NCBI GenBank assembly: GCA_030668825.1 | Contig: DAOVET010000001.1 | Span: forward strand, 9,699-73,698 | Direction: 5' to 3' | DNA from: Candidatus Heimdallarchaeota archaeon | Lineage (GTDB): Archaea > Asgardarchaeota > Heimdallarchaeia > Heimdallarchaeales > Heimdallarchaeaceae | Length of the DNA stretch: 64,000 nucleotides | Part shown: piece by piece, positions 10,113-20,022 of the stretch | Layout of the letters: each line of letters starts with the position of its first letter | Position numbering within the stretch: the first letter of the stretch is position 1 | Translations under genes and position numbers: made by a program | Notes under the pieces: model-generated | Told to the model about the DNA's origin: nothing | The model's database searches: none | What the model saw: the letters and a program-made list of their open reading frames with translations, nothing else

Positions 10113-11366
10113 TTAGGTGCCTTCAAAGTAGGCATCCTTATAGGCTTCTTGTTCAGGAGTCAATATATCTATTTTATATCCCATGAGTGACAGTTTTAAA
10201 CCTGCTATTTTTCTATCTTGTTCATCTGGAATATCATAAACTTTATTTTCGAGACTTTTACCCTCTTCTGCAAGATGAATTAAGCTTAACAATTGGTTCG
10301 CAAATGACATATCCATAACTTCTGAAGGATGACCTTCAGCTGCAGATAAGTTTACCAATCTTCCTTTTGCTAGAAGATACAATTTTCTTCCATCTGGCAT
10401 TAGATATTCTTCATTATTTTTTCGTATTTCTCTTTTTGCTGTGCTTAAATCTTCTAACTCTTGGATGTTTATTTCAGCATCATAATGTCCAGTATTGCAT
10501 ACAATAGCACCTTCTTTCATGCTTTCAAAGTGTTTTTTTACAATAACATCCTTCATCCCAGTTGCAGTAATGAATAAATCGCCCAAACTTGCAGCTTCAT
10601 CCATCTTCATAACCCTAAACCCATCCATTGCAGCCTTAAGAGCTTGAACTGGATCAACTTCAGTTATGATTACATCAGCCCCTAATCCCGATGAATTCTT
10701 AGCCAAACCTTTTCCACAGTGTCCATAACCAGCTATAACAACGATTTTACCAGCAATTATGATGTTAGTTGATCTCAACACTCCATCTAGTGTAGATTGA
10801 CCTGTTCCATAGTAATTATCAAAGTCACTTTTTGTTTCTGCATCATTTACTGCCATTATTGGATACAAGAGTTTTTTAGCTCTGTCCATTGCTCTCAATC
10901 TGTGAACACCAGTTGTTGTTTCTTCGGTTCCACCTATGATAGTTTCAGCTAGATCTGAAAATTCAGAATGTACTCGAAATATTAGATCAGCTCCATCATC
11001 TAAAGTTAAAGTAGGTTTGGATTCCAAAACCTTGTCTATTGCCCAATAGAATTCTTCATTGGACATTCCATACCAAGCAAATATGGAGATATCTTTAGCT
11101 GCTAAAGCAGCAGCAATATCGTCTTTTGTAGATAAAGGATTACACCCACTCCAAGAAACCTCCGCTCCAGCTGCTATCAAAGTTTCAACCAAAACTGCTG
11201 TTTCTTTTGTTACATGAAGACATCCTGCTACCTTCATACCTTCTAATGGTTTTGTTTCTGCAAACTTCCTTCTTAATTCCATAAGAATAGGCATCCTAGA
11301 CTCTGCCCAGTCTATATTCTTTCGACCCTCTTCAGCTAGATTTATGTCCTTAATTTTGTATTCCAT
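10113..11366 (-). CDS. ahcY: S-adenosyl-L-homocysteine hydrolase
   Basis: Full-length match to the AhcY pattern (DINLAEEGRKNIDWAESRMP, DDGADL, NAD-binding GYGHCGKG, CNTGHYDAEI). Confidence 0.95.
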   Translation of the reverse strand: MEYKIKDINLAEEGRKNIDWAESRMPILMELRRKFAETKPLEGMKVAGCLHVTKETAVLVETLIAAGAEVSWSGCNPLSTKDDIAAALAAKDISIFAWYGMSNEEFYWAIDKVLESKPTLTLDDGADLIFRVHSEFSDLAETIIGGTEETTTGVHRLRAMDRAKKLLYPIMAVNDAETKSDFDNYYGTGQSTLDGVLRSTNIIIAGKIVVIAGYGHCGKGLAKNSSGLGADVIITEVDPVQALKAAMDGFRVMKMDEAASLGDLFITATGMKDVIVKKHFESMKEGAIVCNTGHYDAEINIQELEDLSTAKREIRKNNEEYLMPDGRKLYLLAKGRLVNLSAAEGHPSEVMDMSFANQLLSLIHLAEEGKSLENKVYDIPDEQDRKIAGLKLSLMGYKIDILTPEQEAYKDAYFEGT

Positions 11367-11458
11367 GTTTCTCCCTTCTTCTTCAATTTTAAAAATATGT
11401 CGAGTTAAGATTTTTTGAAAAACACAAGATTAATCAATCTTGAAAAAAAACTGATAAT

Positions 11459-12178
11459 ATGGTGGAATATACTACACCCTTGATTATTGCACATAGAGGC
11501 GCTTCTATAAAAGAACATGAGAATTCCATTAAAGCTTTTGAATTAGCTGTTAAACAAAAGGCTGATATGATAGAGTTGGATGCTCATTTGACTAGGGATG
11601 GTTATTTTGTCGTTTTTCATAATGACACAATTCCCTATAAGGATAACAATATAGTAATAGCTGAATCAAATCTTGAAACTATTCAAAAGTTCAAACTACC
11701 AAATGGTGAACCTATTCCTCTATTAGAAGATGTTCTTAAGCAATTCCTCTCGAAAATTAAATTTAATATTGAATTAAAATGTGATGTGACGAAGGAACAA
11801 TTCGATTCTCTTTTAAATGAAGTAGGTGGAGACAATTCCCGAATTCTTGTAAGCTCATTTCTTCATGAACCAATTGTAAACTTGAAAAATTCAACTTTAG
11901 GATATGAGTTAGCTTATCTTTATATTTTCCCAATATATCAGAACAAAAGTGTCGCTCTAAATGATTTCATTGACGCAATGAACCCCTTCTACAGATTTCT
12001 TACCAAAAGGGCAGTTAATTTTTATCATAAACAAGGTAAAAAGGTCTTTCCTTGGACAATTAATGATGAGAAACAAATTAGAAAACTAGTTAGACGAAAT
12101 GTGGATGGAATTATTACTGATCTCCCCAAACAAACAAGAGAAATAATCTCTTCAGAACTTGAGAAACTAAATAGTTAA
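11459..12178 (+). CDS. glycerophosphodiester phosphodiesterase (GDPD family)
   Basis: IIAHRGAS..ENSIKAF..ADMIELDAHLTRDGYFVVFHNDT matches the GDPD catalytic N-terminus. Confidence 0.85.
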   Translation: MVEYTTPLIIAHRGASIKEHENSIKAFELAVKQKADMIELDAHLTRDGYFVVFHNDTIPYKDNNIVIAESNLETIQKFKLPNGEPIPLLEDVLKQFLSKIKFNIELKCDVTKEQFDSLLNEVGGDNSRILVSSFLHEPIVNLKNSTLGYELAYLYIFPIYQNKSVALNDFIDAMNPFYRFLTKRAVNFYHKQGKKVFPWTINDEKQIRKLVRRNVDGIITDLPKQTREIISSELEKLNS

Positions 12179-12909
12179 TAGTATTTGACTAAAGAGAATG
12201 CATATTCTTGCCATTCTGCTATTTGATTTACATTTTCAAGAAGTTCCTCTTCTTTGTTTTTCTCTACATTGAAGATCATGCTTACAATCTCAGGTGAATA
12301 ACCTGATTCAAGTATTTTCTTGTAATCAGTAGGTTCTTCGATTATTTCCAATTTATAGTCTCCTTCCTTAGAAATCATTAACTTTATGATATCAGGTTTA
12401 ATCCCTTCTTGGATTTTATTAAATATTTGAACAAATTCAGTTCTTTTCTCTAGCTCTTTGCTTACTCTGAGAATAGCAACATTGAACAATCCTTCATTTA
12501 CTAAAACAGGAATTAACCAGAAAGATTGGCTTGGAATAGTTAATTCTGCAATAGAACAATCATTTTTCTTTATTTCCTCATCTAAATCTTGTGCCAATTC
12601 TTTAGCTCTTTCCTCAGTTTGTTCCTCAGGAAGTAAAACAATTTCATCGATTGCAAAGATGTTTGTCACAGTTTTTTTTCCACTAGCTTCTTCTTCATCT
12701 TCTTCTTCAACTTCTCTTTCTTTTAACCAAATTAGATAACCAGTAAACTTCTCCCCCGATTTTATTAGACTGATTTTAGAATTTTTATCTTCTAGAGTAG
12801 AATCAACAAACATTTCTATTGTGATTTCATTACCATACAGTGATTTTACTAGTTTTTCTAGCTCTTGGGAGGTTTTAGGATTTTTAACTTCTGTAAACAT
12901 CTCTGACAC
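12175..12909 (-). CDS. acidic hypothetical protein
   Basis: Long ORF with normal composition and no recognisable motif. Its stop overlaps the convergent GDPD gene by 4 nt. Confidence 0.4.
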   Translation of the reverse strand: MSEMFTEVKNPKTSQELEKLVKSLYGNEITIEMFVDSTLEDKNSKISLIKSGEKFTGYLIWLKEREVEEEDEEEASGKKTVTNIFAIDEIVLLPEEQTEERAKELAQDLDEEIKKNDCSIAELTIPSQSFWLIPVLVNEGLFNVAILRVSKELEKRTEFVQIFNKIQEGIKPDIIKLMISKEGDYKLEIIEEPTDYKKILESGYSPEIVSMIFNVEKNKEEELLENVNQIAEWQEYAFSLVKYY

Positions 12910-12998
12910 GGTATGAGCTATATCTAAATAAAACTATTCTTTTTAACGATGTTACTAAGGATTGAAAAATAAAATAAAAAAATAAAAGAATTAAGAAT

Positions 12999-13406
12999 TT
13001 ATGCCGTGTGAGAAAATGTTTTATCCAATTCACCAAAGCTTAATGTTATATCGTAAACAGCACCTAGTGCGAACGGGCCAACAATATATAAGGTATCAAA
13101 CTCATTTTCCGCAATAACAGTACCTATTAAACTACTTCCTTCCGGAAGATCAAGAATTTGAACTCCTGTTAAACCTATTACTGATACACCCGTTATATTT
13201 AATGGTCCATTTTTGGCTTCAACCTTAATCTGTATAGCTCTGTCACCAGTGGTAGTGTTAGTTGAACCTGGTGTGATAGTAATAATAGCTTCAGGTGATC
13301 CTTGTAACATTGGTATAACCACTAAGAACACAATGGCAGCTGCTGCTGTCACAAGTGCTATTAGCAAAACTGTAGCGATTACTGGAGATACTCCTCGTTT
13401 CTTCAT
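12999..13406 (-). CDS. archaeal type IV pilin-like protein (class III signal peptide)
   Basis: MKKRG|VSPVIATVLLIALVTAAAAIVFLVV is a typical prepilin-peptidase substrate N-terminus (DUF1628-like). Confidence 0.7.
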   Translation of the reverse strand: MKKRGVSPVIATVLLIALVTAAAAIVFLVVIPMLQGSPEAIITITPGSTNTTTGDRAIQIKVEAKNGPLNITGVSVIGLTGVQILDLPEGSSLIGTVIAENEFDTLYIVGPFALGAVYDITLSFGELDKTFSHTA

Positions 13407-13572
13407 TTTTTAATTCACCCTTGATTATAATTAATCAAATCAAAATAGCTAAATATTACTTAAAAAAGTAGCGGTTGTCTTAACGCGCTGAAATTATTCA
13501 TTAGTAGAATAACTCAATTTTGCAGATTAACAATTATTTATATTGGAGTATGTCCTTAGTTAAACGGAACAA

Positions 13573-14268
13573 ATGGATACTATCACCAATATCATATTCA
13601 GGTCATTGACCACAATTTATGAAGGAACGATTAGTGGTAGCGCTTTGCATCCGAACATGTATTTTCTCGAAAATAATAAATTGAATACTTATTATGGTTT
13701 CAATCTTCAAGACGTTATTCCAACAAGATTAATTACACGTATTTATGAAGAAGGAAAGCATATCATTACTGATTTACTCTGGTTGGTAGATGACTCAAAA
13801 ATAACTGGGAAAGGGCATATATCTTTTACAGAAAAATCTAACAAAATTTCAGTAGAAGGAGAACCAAAAGAATATATCAAGCTATTTGAGAATGATGCAA
13901 CCATAACCGCATGTTATGGTGATCTCCTCACGCTACCTAATTATCTAGAACTGGTTCTAACTGGATCTAGAGACTGGTCTCCAGCTAAAATCCAATCTAC
14001 AACTAAGTTGAATATACCAAACATTCCCACAAACCTGTACAGTTTCTCAAGAACTATCTTAGATGCAAAAAAAGTTAATGACGAAGATTATCAAGATCTT
14101 GCACTAGACAGTTACTTAGCTCTAATTGATCTAGTACACAGGTCACTTGAAATACTTTCTAAATATTCTCAGAAAGAGAAGGGAGAAATTATTTTTTGCG
14201 TTAGATGTGGTCAAGAGCTTCCTTTAAACTCATACTATTGTCCAATATGTGGAAGTAAACAAAATTAG
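13573..14268 (+). CDS. hypothetical protein with C-terminal zinc ribbon
   Basis: C-terminal CVRCGQELPLNSYYCPICGSKQN (CxxC-x10-CxxC). Confidence 0.5.
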   Translation: MDTITNIIFRSLTTIYEGTISGSALHPNMYFLENNKLNTYYGFNLQDVIPTRLITRIYEEGKHIITDLLWLVDDSKITGKGHISFTEKSNKISVEGEPKEYIKLFENDATITACYGDLLTLPNYLELVLTGSRDWSPAKIQSTTKLNIPNIPTNLYSFSRTILDAKKVNDEDYQDLALDSYLALIDLVHRSLEILSKYSQKEKGEIIFCVRCGQELPLNSYYCPICGSKQN

Positions 14269-14280
14269 GTTTAATGAAAA

Positions 14281-14622
14281 TTAAGTGTGATAAAGTATTT
14301 CTGCTCGTTCAATTAGTTCTAAGGTATCAGTTTGATTTGCTAAATCTCTCGCATTTGGGGAAAAATTATTAGCTATTATGAACCCACCACTCAGGTTCGA
14401 CCTTTGAACTAAACGTTCTATATGAATAATTTTATCTGTTCCGACACTTCTTTTCCAGTCTAAAACCCAAACACCTACTAGTAATTCCTTTATTATTATC
14501 AGAAAATCTATTGCATGTTTGGAAGGTCCTGTAATAACTGATAAATCGTGAGAAAGAATTCCGAAACTCTTCAGATATTCGAGTGACAGTTCAATCAGCG
14601 GTTTACTTCGGTCGTAATTCAT
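14281..14622 (-). CDS. small restriction-endonuclease-like (Mrr_cat-like) protein
   Basis: AIDFLI...VGVWVLDWKRSVGTDKIIHIERLV...GGFIIANNFSPNARDLA resembles the Mrr catalytic core (D ... D/E-x-K). Motif-level evidence only. Confidence 0.4.
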   Translation of the reverse strand: MNYDRSKPLIELSLEYLKSFGILSHDLSVITGPSKHAIDFLIIIKELLVGVWVLDWKRSVGTDKIIHIERLVQRSNLSGGFIIANNFSPNARDLANQTDTLELIERAEILYHT

Positions 14623-14680
14623 TGACTACAGCATTCTAATGTCTATTAAAATATTTGTATGAAAATCCTCTTCTTCTTAA

Positions 14681-14989
14681 TTAGATTTCAATCTCGAGAT
14701 TTTTGTCGTTACATTGGATAATCCATTTGCCCTTTGTTTTAAGGATTAAAGAAATACTTTTTCTGAAATTCTTAACAACTTGTGCTGCCATAAGATTAGG
14801 GTCTCTTTTTCCATAAATTTTGATTGACACTACTTGTTTTGTTTCATCTATTGAAACTTGTTCTCTAAACATTTCCCATGCTGGATCTGGTAGATACCCC
14901 TCAATTTCTATAAAAAATTCACTACCTACTTCTGGTGGAGTGTGGATCAACATCCTTGTGATTGGAACAAGTCTCTGACTCTGCTTCAT
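14681..14989 (-). CDS. hypothetical protein
   Basis: ORF track only. Confidence 0.35.
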   Translation of the reverse strand: MKQSQRLVPITRMLIHTPPEVGSEFFIEIEGYLPDPAWEMFREQVSIDETKQVVSIKIYGKRDPNLMAAQVVKNFRKSISLILKTKGKWIIQCNDKNLEIEI

Positions 14990-15083
14990 CAGTTCTTACC
15001 TTATAAACTACTTAATAAACCTTGAGAACAGATAAAGAATTCAAAAGCAAATTTTTATAATATCCTTTGAATCAATTAACATA

Positions 15084-16277
15084 ATGTCTTCCTCTGATGA
15101 TAAAACCCTAAAGGAAAAGGCAAGTACATTTGTTAAAAAGTTTGTCAGTGATATTGATGCCAAAGAAGTAGCTATTCTCATAATATTTGGATTGATAATT
15201 TTCATTATTTTCAAAATGATGTTTGGAGGAATTTTTGGTTTATCTTTAGTAGTTATAGAAAATGGTCCACATTCAAGCATGTGGCCTACTTACGATAAAG
15301 GTGATATGTTTCTTATTTACAAGTGCTCTCCAGAAAAAATTGAACTTGGGGATGTAATTGTTTACGTTTCAGATACCTCATTGAATAGAGGAACTCTAAT
15401 TATTCATCGTGTGATTAATATAACTAAAGAAGACATAGGGAATGGATTAGAGTACTTTTTCAGGGTTAGCGGAGATAATCCAAACTCAAATAATTATGCG
15501 GATAGTTACGATGGATTAACATCTCTTATACCATATGAAGCAGTTGTAGGTAAAACAGTGCTTCTAATAAGAAAAATTGGTTATCTTAGATTGTGGTTAG
15601 CTGATAACGCAGCTGTAAGGTATATTCTTCTGGCAGCTGTCATTCTATTAGGTGCTTATCTGATTTTATCTCCTGATAAGAAAAAGGAAGAAGAAGAAGT
15701 TGCTTCAGAGAAATTTGATGAAATGCAACAGAAAGAGAAGAAAGAATTCAGAGTAAGAATCAAAGAATATTTTGTTAATAAATGGAAGAACACAAAGAAA
15801 TGGTTTATAGAGTTATTCACAGTTAAAAAACAAAGAATAAAACTAATTATCTTCTGTTCAGTTATCTTATCACTTGTAATCTTCATTCCAGTTATTGATA
15901 ATTCAATCAGAACTCAGGGAATAACAACTGGAATTGATGATATTTCTCTCCTTTCCTCTGATTACTATCCTTTGGAAGGTATGGTTTATGTTCCGTTTAC
16001 AATCTATTTCAAACATGATGGCTCTTGGAATCAAGTACTTAAATATTTTACAACTGAGGGTATTCAAAATGGAACTGTTTTAGCTACATCAGCTTGGTGG
16101 TCATTCTATCAAGTTGAAGGAGATAGAACGTTAGGTGGGTCCTTAGTGTTTGTGGAAAGTGAATTCAACAGCAGTCTTGCTTTGACAATAAAGATAACTT
16201 ATACAATAAAAAATAGGTTTGGACCAGATCTTATAGATTTAGAGTATGAAGAAACTTTTCTCCCTCCTATCCCATGA
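15084..16277 (+). CDS. signal peptidase I, archaeal/eukaryotic Sec11 (S26B) type, with long C-terminal extension
   Basis: TM anchor followed by GPHSSMWPTYDKGDMF (catalytic Ser region), GDVIVY and IIHRV (His). About 200 further aa follow, with 2 more TMs and a charged linker. Confidence 0.7.
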   Translation: MSSSDDKTLKEKASTFVKKFVSDIDAKEVAILIIFGLIIFIIFKMMFGGIFGLSLVVIENGPHSSMWPTYDKGDMFLIYKCSPEKIELGDVIVYVSDTSLNRGTLIIHRVINITKEDIGNGLEYFFRVSGDNPNSNNYADSYDGLTSLIPYEAVVGKTVLLIRKIGYLRLWLADNAAVRYILLAAVILLGAYLILSPDKKKEEEEVASEKFDEMQQKEKKEFRVRIKEYFVNKWKNTKKWFIELFTVKKQRIKLIIFCSVILSLVIFIPVIDNSIRTQGITTGIDDISLLSSDYYPLEGMVYVPFTIYFKHDGSWNQVLKYFTTEGIQNGTVLATSAWWSFYQVEGDRTLGGSLVFVESEFNSSLALTIKITYTIKNRFGPDLIDLEYEETFLPPIP

Positions 16278-16300
16278 GAAAAATAAAAAGTAAATGAGAA

Positions 16301-17188
16301 TCACAGATTCTCTTTTATTCGTAATGGTATTTCACTTGAGGTTTTTACTGTCGTAATTCCTGCTTCGCTTAAGATACGCATTTTTTCTTTAGCTGTTCCT
16401 GATTTTCCATGAACTATAGCACCAGCATGACCCATCTGTTTACCAGGTGGTGCAGTCTGTCCAGCAATAAATGCATATACCGGTTTGGTTATCTCCTTTT
16501 TGACTAAATCTGCTGCTTGTTGTTCTCCTGTTCCGCCTATTTCCCCAACAAGTATGATCTGTTTTGTTAGAGGATCGTTTTCAAACAATGTCAAACATTC
16601 ATTAAAACCAATACCCTTTATTGGATCTCCGCCTAAACCTACACAAGTTGATTGACCAAAACCATTTACGGTCAAATTTTGTATAATCTCGTATGTGAGA
16701 GTACCGCTCCTACTCACAATACCAACATTTCCTTTAGTACAGATTTTTCCAGGGATAATACCAATTTTACTTGCTTCTGGAGTAATTAATCCTGGGCAAT
16801 TTGGTCCTACCATTACTACATCATTATCTAGCGCCTTTTGCCTTATTCTTGCTGAATCTTGAACGGGAACTCCTTCAGTTATAACTGTAAGTAGATTTAT
16901 TCCAGCATCTATTGCTTCCATAGCCGCAGAATAAGTAAATCTTGCAGGAATAAAAATAACAGAAGCAGTTGCCTGTGTTGCTTCAACAGCTTCTTTCATA
17001 CTGTCAAAAACTGGCACACCTAAATGCTCTTGACCTCCTTTACCTGGAGTAACACCTGCTACAACTTTAGTACCATAACCAATCATAGATTTTGCATGGA
17101 ATGTTCCTTGTTTTCCAGTAATCCCTTGCACAATAACTTTAGTGTTTTCACCTAACAGAATTGCCATTTTAATTTCCTCCTTTAACAA
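16301..17188 (-). CDS. sucD: succinyl-CoA synthetase alpha subunit
   Basis: VIVQGITGKQGTFH, GPNCPGLI and phosphohistidine loop MGHAGAIV. Overlaps the sucC stop. Confidence 0.95.
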   Translation of the reverse strand: MLKEEIKMAILLGENTKVIVQGITGKQGTFHAKSMIGYGTKVVAGVTPGKGGQEHLGVPVFDSMKEAVEATQATASVIFIPARFTYSAAMEAIDAGINLLTVITEGVPVQDSARIRQKALDNDVVMVGPNCPGLITPEASKIGIIPGKICTKGNVGIVSRSGTLTYEIIQNLTVNGFGQSTCVGLGGDPIKGIGFNECLTLFENDPLTKQIILVGEIGGTGEQQAADLVKKEITKPVYAFIAGQTAPPGKQMGHAGAIVHGKSGTAKEKMRILSEAGITTVKTSSEIPLRIKENL

Positions 17189-18332
17189 GCTCTATAATTT
17201 TTCTTGCAGCGGGTTCCATCTCACCATATGCCTTTATTCCATTTTCCTCTAAAATACTAATACCTTTTTTGTCATTGGTTCCTACTAATCTAATTACTAT
17301 TGGAACTTTTATCTCAAATTTCTTTGAAGCATTGATGATTCCTTGAGCTACATCATCACATCTAGTGATTCCTGCAAAGAAGTTTACGAAAATCCCCTTG
17401 ATATTTTGCCTTGAAAGAATTTCTAAAGATTTCTCAATTTTTATTTCATCAGCTCCTCCTCCTACATCTAGGAAATTAGCAGGAGAACTACCAAAGAATT
17501 CTAGCAAATCACAGGTCGCCATTGAAAGACCTGCTCCTCCAGCGATAATCCCAATCTCTCCATCAAGTTGAACATAGCTTATACCTGCTTGATCTGCTTC
17601 AAACTCTAACTCTGTGTGTCTATCTCTTTGAGATTTTAAAGATGCAATATTTGCTTGTCTAAAATCTGAATTGCCATCTATTACCACTTTAGAATCTGCT
17701 GCAATTATCTTCTTATCAGGTGTCAATATTAATGGGTTGATCTCAACCAGAGTAAGGTCTCTTTGCTTAGCCATGTTGACCATGTTTGTCATTAAGTTGG
17801 TAAAAGAAGTTAGTGTTTTTGCTTCAAAACCAAGATTCTTCCCTAGATCTATGAACAGATATGAAAAAGGATTATCCCAAATCGAAAGAGATTTTTTGAA
17901 AATATCATCTGGATAGTGTTCAGCAACTTCTTCAATATCTACTCCTCCACGAGAACTAGCAATAATTAGATACTTTCCAGATTCGTTGTCTAACATAACA
18001 GCAAGATAATACTCTTTTTCGATTTCCAAAGGTTCCTCCAACATAACAATTTCAACAGGTTTACCTCTATGATCTCTGCCTAAGATACTTTGAATGTATT
18101 CCTCAGCTTCAGCACTTGAGACTTTTTTTATCAATCCCGCTTTGCCTCTTCCCCCTGAAAGAGCTTGTGCTTTAGCCATCATAACATCACTACCAATTTC
18201 CTCAACAAACTGACTAATACTGCTGGAATCAGTATATGCTCTGAATCGAGGAACTGGTATTTTGTTTTCTTTAAAAAGTTGTTTTCCTTCAATTTCATAA
18301 AGCATTGGCATATTGTTGAAAACTGGCATCAA
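17169..18332 (-). CDS. sucC: succinyl-CoA synthetase beta subunit
   Basis: ATP-grasp N-terminal half, EINPL motif and C-terminal ligase-CoA domain (GIIAGGAGLSMATCD, NFLDVGGGA). Operon with sucD. Confidence 0.9.
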   Translation of the reverse strand: MMPVFNNMPMLYEIEGKQLFKENKIPVPRFRAYTDSSSISQFVEEIGSDVMMAKAQALSGGRGKAGLIKKVSSAEAEEYIQSILGRDHRGKPVEIVMLEEPLEIEKEYYLAVMLDNESGKYLIIASSRGGVDIEEVAEHYPDDIFKKSLSIWDNPFSYLFIDLGKNLGFEAKTLTSFTNLMTNMVNMAKQRDLTLVEINPLILTPDKKIIAADSKVVIDGNSDFRQANIASLKSQRDRHTELEFEADQAGISYVQLDGEIGIIAGGAGLSMATCDLLEFFGSSPANFLDVGGGADEIKIEKSLEILSRQNIKGIFVNFFAGITRCDDVAQGIINASKKFEIKVPIVIRLVGTNDKKGISILEENGIKAYGEMEPAARKIIELVKGGN

Positions 18333-18421
18333 TGTCTTTTTAAGGTCTTTGAAGTGAGCTCAAAAGATACTAGAACCAACGATCTAAAAATTCTAAAAGA
18401 GATTTAAAAGAAGAGTTTAGA

Positions 18422-18733
18422 TTATTTTACCATCTCTACTCTTTTGGCTCTGGGATATGAAAGTACCCATTTCTTTCCACAATCAGGGCAGCTTAATCTC
18501 AGATCAACTTTCTTCGATGTTTTAGAAGCCATTTTTGTTTGAGTGACAGGTCTCTTACTATATTTACCAAGATTACCATACCCTCTTCTTTTAAGTTTCA
18601 TTTTCCTTGCGGTCGCTGACATACCTTTTTTTCTTCTTGCAGTTTTTTCTTGCTTAACTTTCATAGTCTTGTGTGTGCCGCATTTTGGGCAATATTTGAA
18701 CATTGTTTCAGGGATCTTAACCATATCAGTCAC
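18422..18733 (-). CDS. rpl44e: 50S ribosomal protein L44e (eL42)
   Basis: KYCPKCGTHKTMKVKQEK...RRGYGNLGKYSKRP...LSCPDCGKKW is the typical L44e zinc-ribbon pattern. Confidence 0.9.
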   Translation of the reverse strand: MTDMVKIPETMFKYCPKCGTHKTMKVKQEKTARRKKGMSATARKMKLKRRGYGNLGKYSKRPVTQTKMASKTSKKVDLRLSCPDCGKKWVLSYPRAKRVEMVK

Positions 18734-18792
18734 TCACCTTATTGCTTGGACATATCTTTTTATTTGTTTCCTTTTTAGAGAAGCAATTTTTG

Positions 18793-19104
18793 TTATATCT
18801 CTCTTAATGCTTGGATATCTCTTAGTTTTTGCAGAGGAATGATTTGAAAGGTTTGGTTTGGATTCGTCCTTCGTATGCTCAGGGGTAAAACCTTAGCCCT
18901 TAGCTCAAATTCTGCTATAACAAGAGGTGATTTATTGTCTAAATCTTGAAGTTGGAGTAATACAGGAGCCCCCATACTTAATTGTAAAGCACGCGCACCT
19001 ACAATGCGAGCCCTTTCAAAACGTGTTAGTCTATCGGGACCAACTTTAACTTTTTTAGAAACGATTTCTCTGTCACTTGGGTTCCTATCTACTTTCAGAG
19101 CCAT
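18793..19104 (-). CDS. rpoK: DNA-directed RNA polymerase subunit K (Rpo6)
   Basis: [25 protein letters not shown] core motif. Confidence 0.85.
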   Translation of the reverse strand: MALKVDRNPSDREIVSKKVKVGPDRLTRFERARIVGARALQLSMGAPVLLQLQDLDNKSPLVIAEFELRAKVLPLSIRRTNPNQTFQIIPLQKLRDIQALREI

Positions 19105-19440
19105 AACAAACCACCAAAATATGTTTTAAAGGTTACATCATTCAACCTTGCTCTTATTTTAAAAATTTTTAGATAATGGGGAATTCCGAAGTACAGTAAA
19201 AATTATTTTTCGTGTGCAAAATATCTTTGAGAGCTATCAAAATTTTTTTAATACTGACATTAAAGCAAAAAAACAAGCAAGATTAAACTATAAACTGTAA
19301 GTTTGGGATATTCTCGCTTGCATATCTGGAAAAACTTTAATAAGAAAATAACAGCAAATAAACCAGATATAGTCAAGAAGAAGATAAGACTTATAAAATA
19401 GATACAAAATGTAAATTAACTTATACGGAATGACAGCTGC

Positions 19441-20007
19441 ATGAGTATGTTCGGGTCGTTTTCATCATGGTTGAGAACTAAGCTTAAGAAAGAGCAAAAG
19501 GCAAAGATATTGATATTAGGTTTAGATGCAGCAGGAAAAACAACTTTGACCCGTTTTATGAGATTTGGTAAATTTGCTGAAAACTTGACACCAACAATAG
19601 GTCAAAATATTGAATCTTTTGAATTTGAAGGATGGACAATTACAGCAATAGATGTAGCAGGACAATCACATTTCCGTTTCTTATGGGAGGCACACTACCC
19701 AGGATGTAGCTCTGTGATCTTCGTTATAGACGCAGCTGATATTGAACGTTTGCCTGAAGCAAGAGATGTTCTCAAGACTCATGTTTTCAATAATCCATAT
19801 ATGGAAAATGTTCCAACTTTAATAATGGCCAACAAACAAGATTTGCCAGGAGCTGTTGAAGCACCTCTATTAATCCAAATGCTTGGTCTTCATCTTGATC
19901 TCAAAGATCGAACCTTTGCTGTTTTTGATACAAGTATTCTACATGGAAAGGGAATAAAAGAAGCATTCATTTGGTTAGTAAATGAACTAGATATACACAC
20001 TCAATAA
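19441..20007 (+). CDS. Arf/Arl-like small GTPase
   Basis: N-terminal amphipathic segment, G1 GLDAAGKTT, PTIGQNIE (Arf switch I/interswitch), G3 DVAGQ, G4 NKQDL and WLVNEL tail. Confidence 0.85.
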   Translation: MSMFGSFSSWLRTKLKKEQKAKILILGLDAAGKTTLTRFMRFGKFAENLTPTIGQNIESFEFEGWTITAIDVAGQSHFRFLWEAHYPGCSSVIFVIDAADIERLPEARDVLKTHVFNNPYMENVPTLIMANKQDLPGAVEAPLLIQMLGLHLDLKDRTFAVFDTSILHGKGIKEAFIWLVNELDIHTQ

Positions 20008-20022
20008 TCACAAAGTAAACTC

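Noticed and set aside
13423-13438. TGATTA-TAAT-TAATCA inverted repeat in the divergent promoter region between the pilin gene and 13573
   Set aside because: These are 6-nt arms in almost pure A/T sequence, so the match is not distinguishable from chance.
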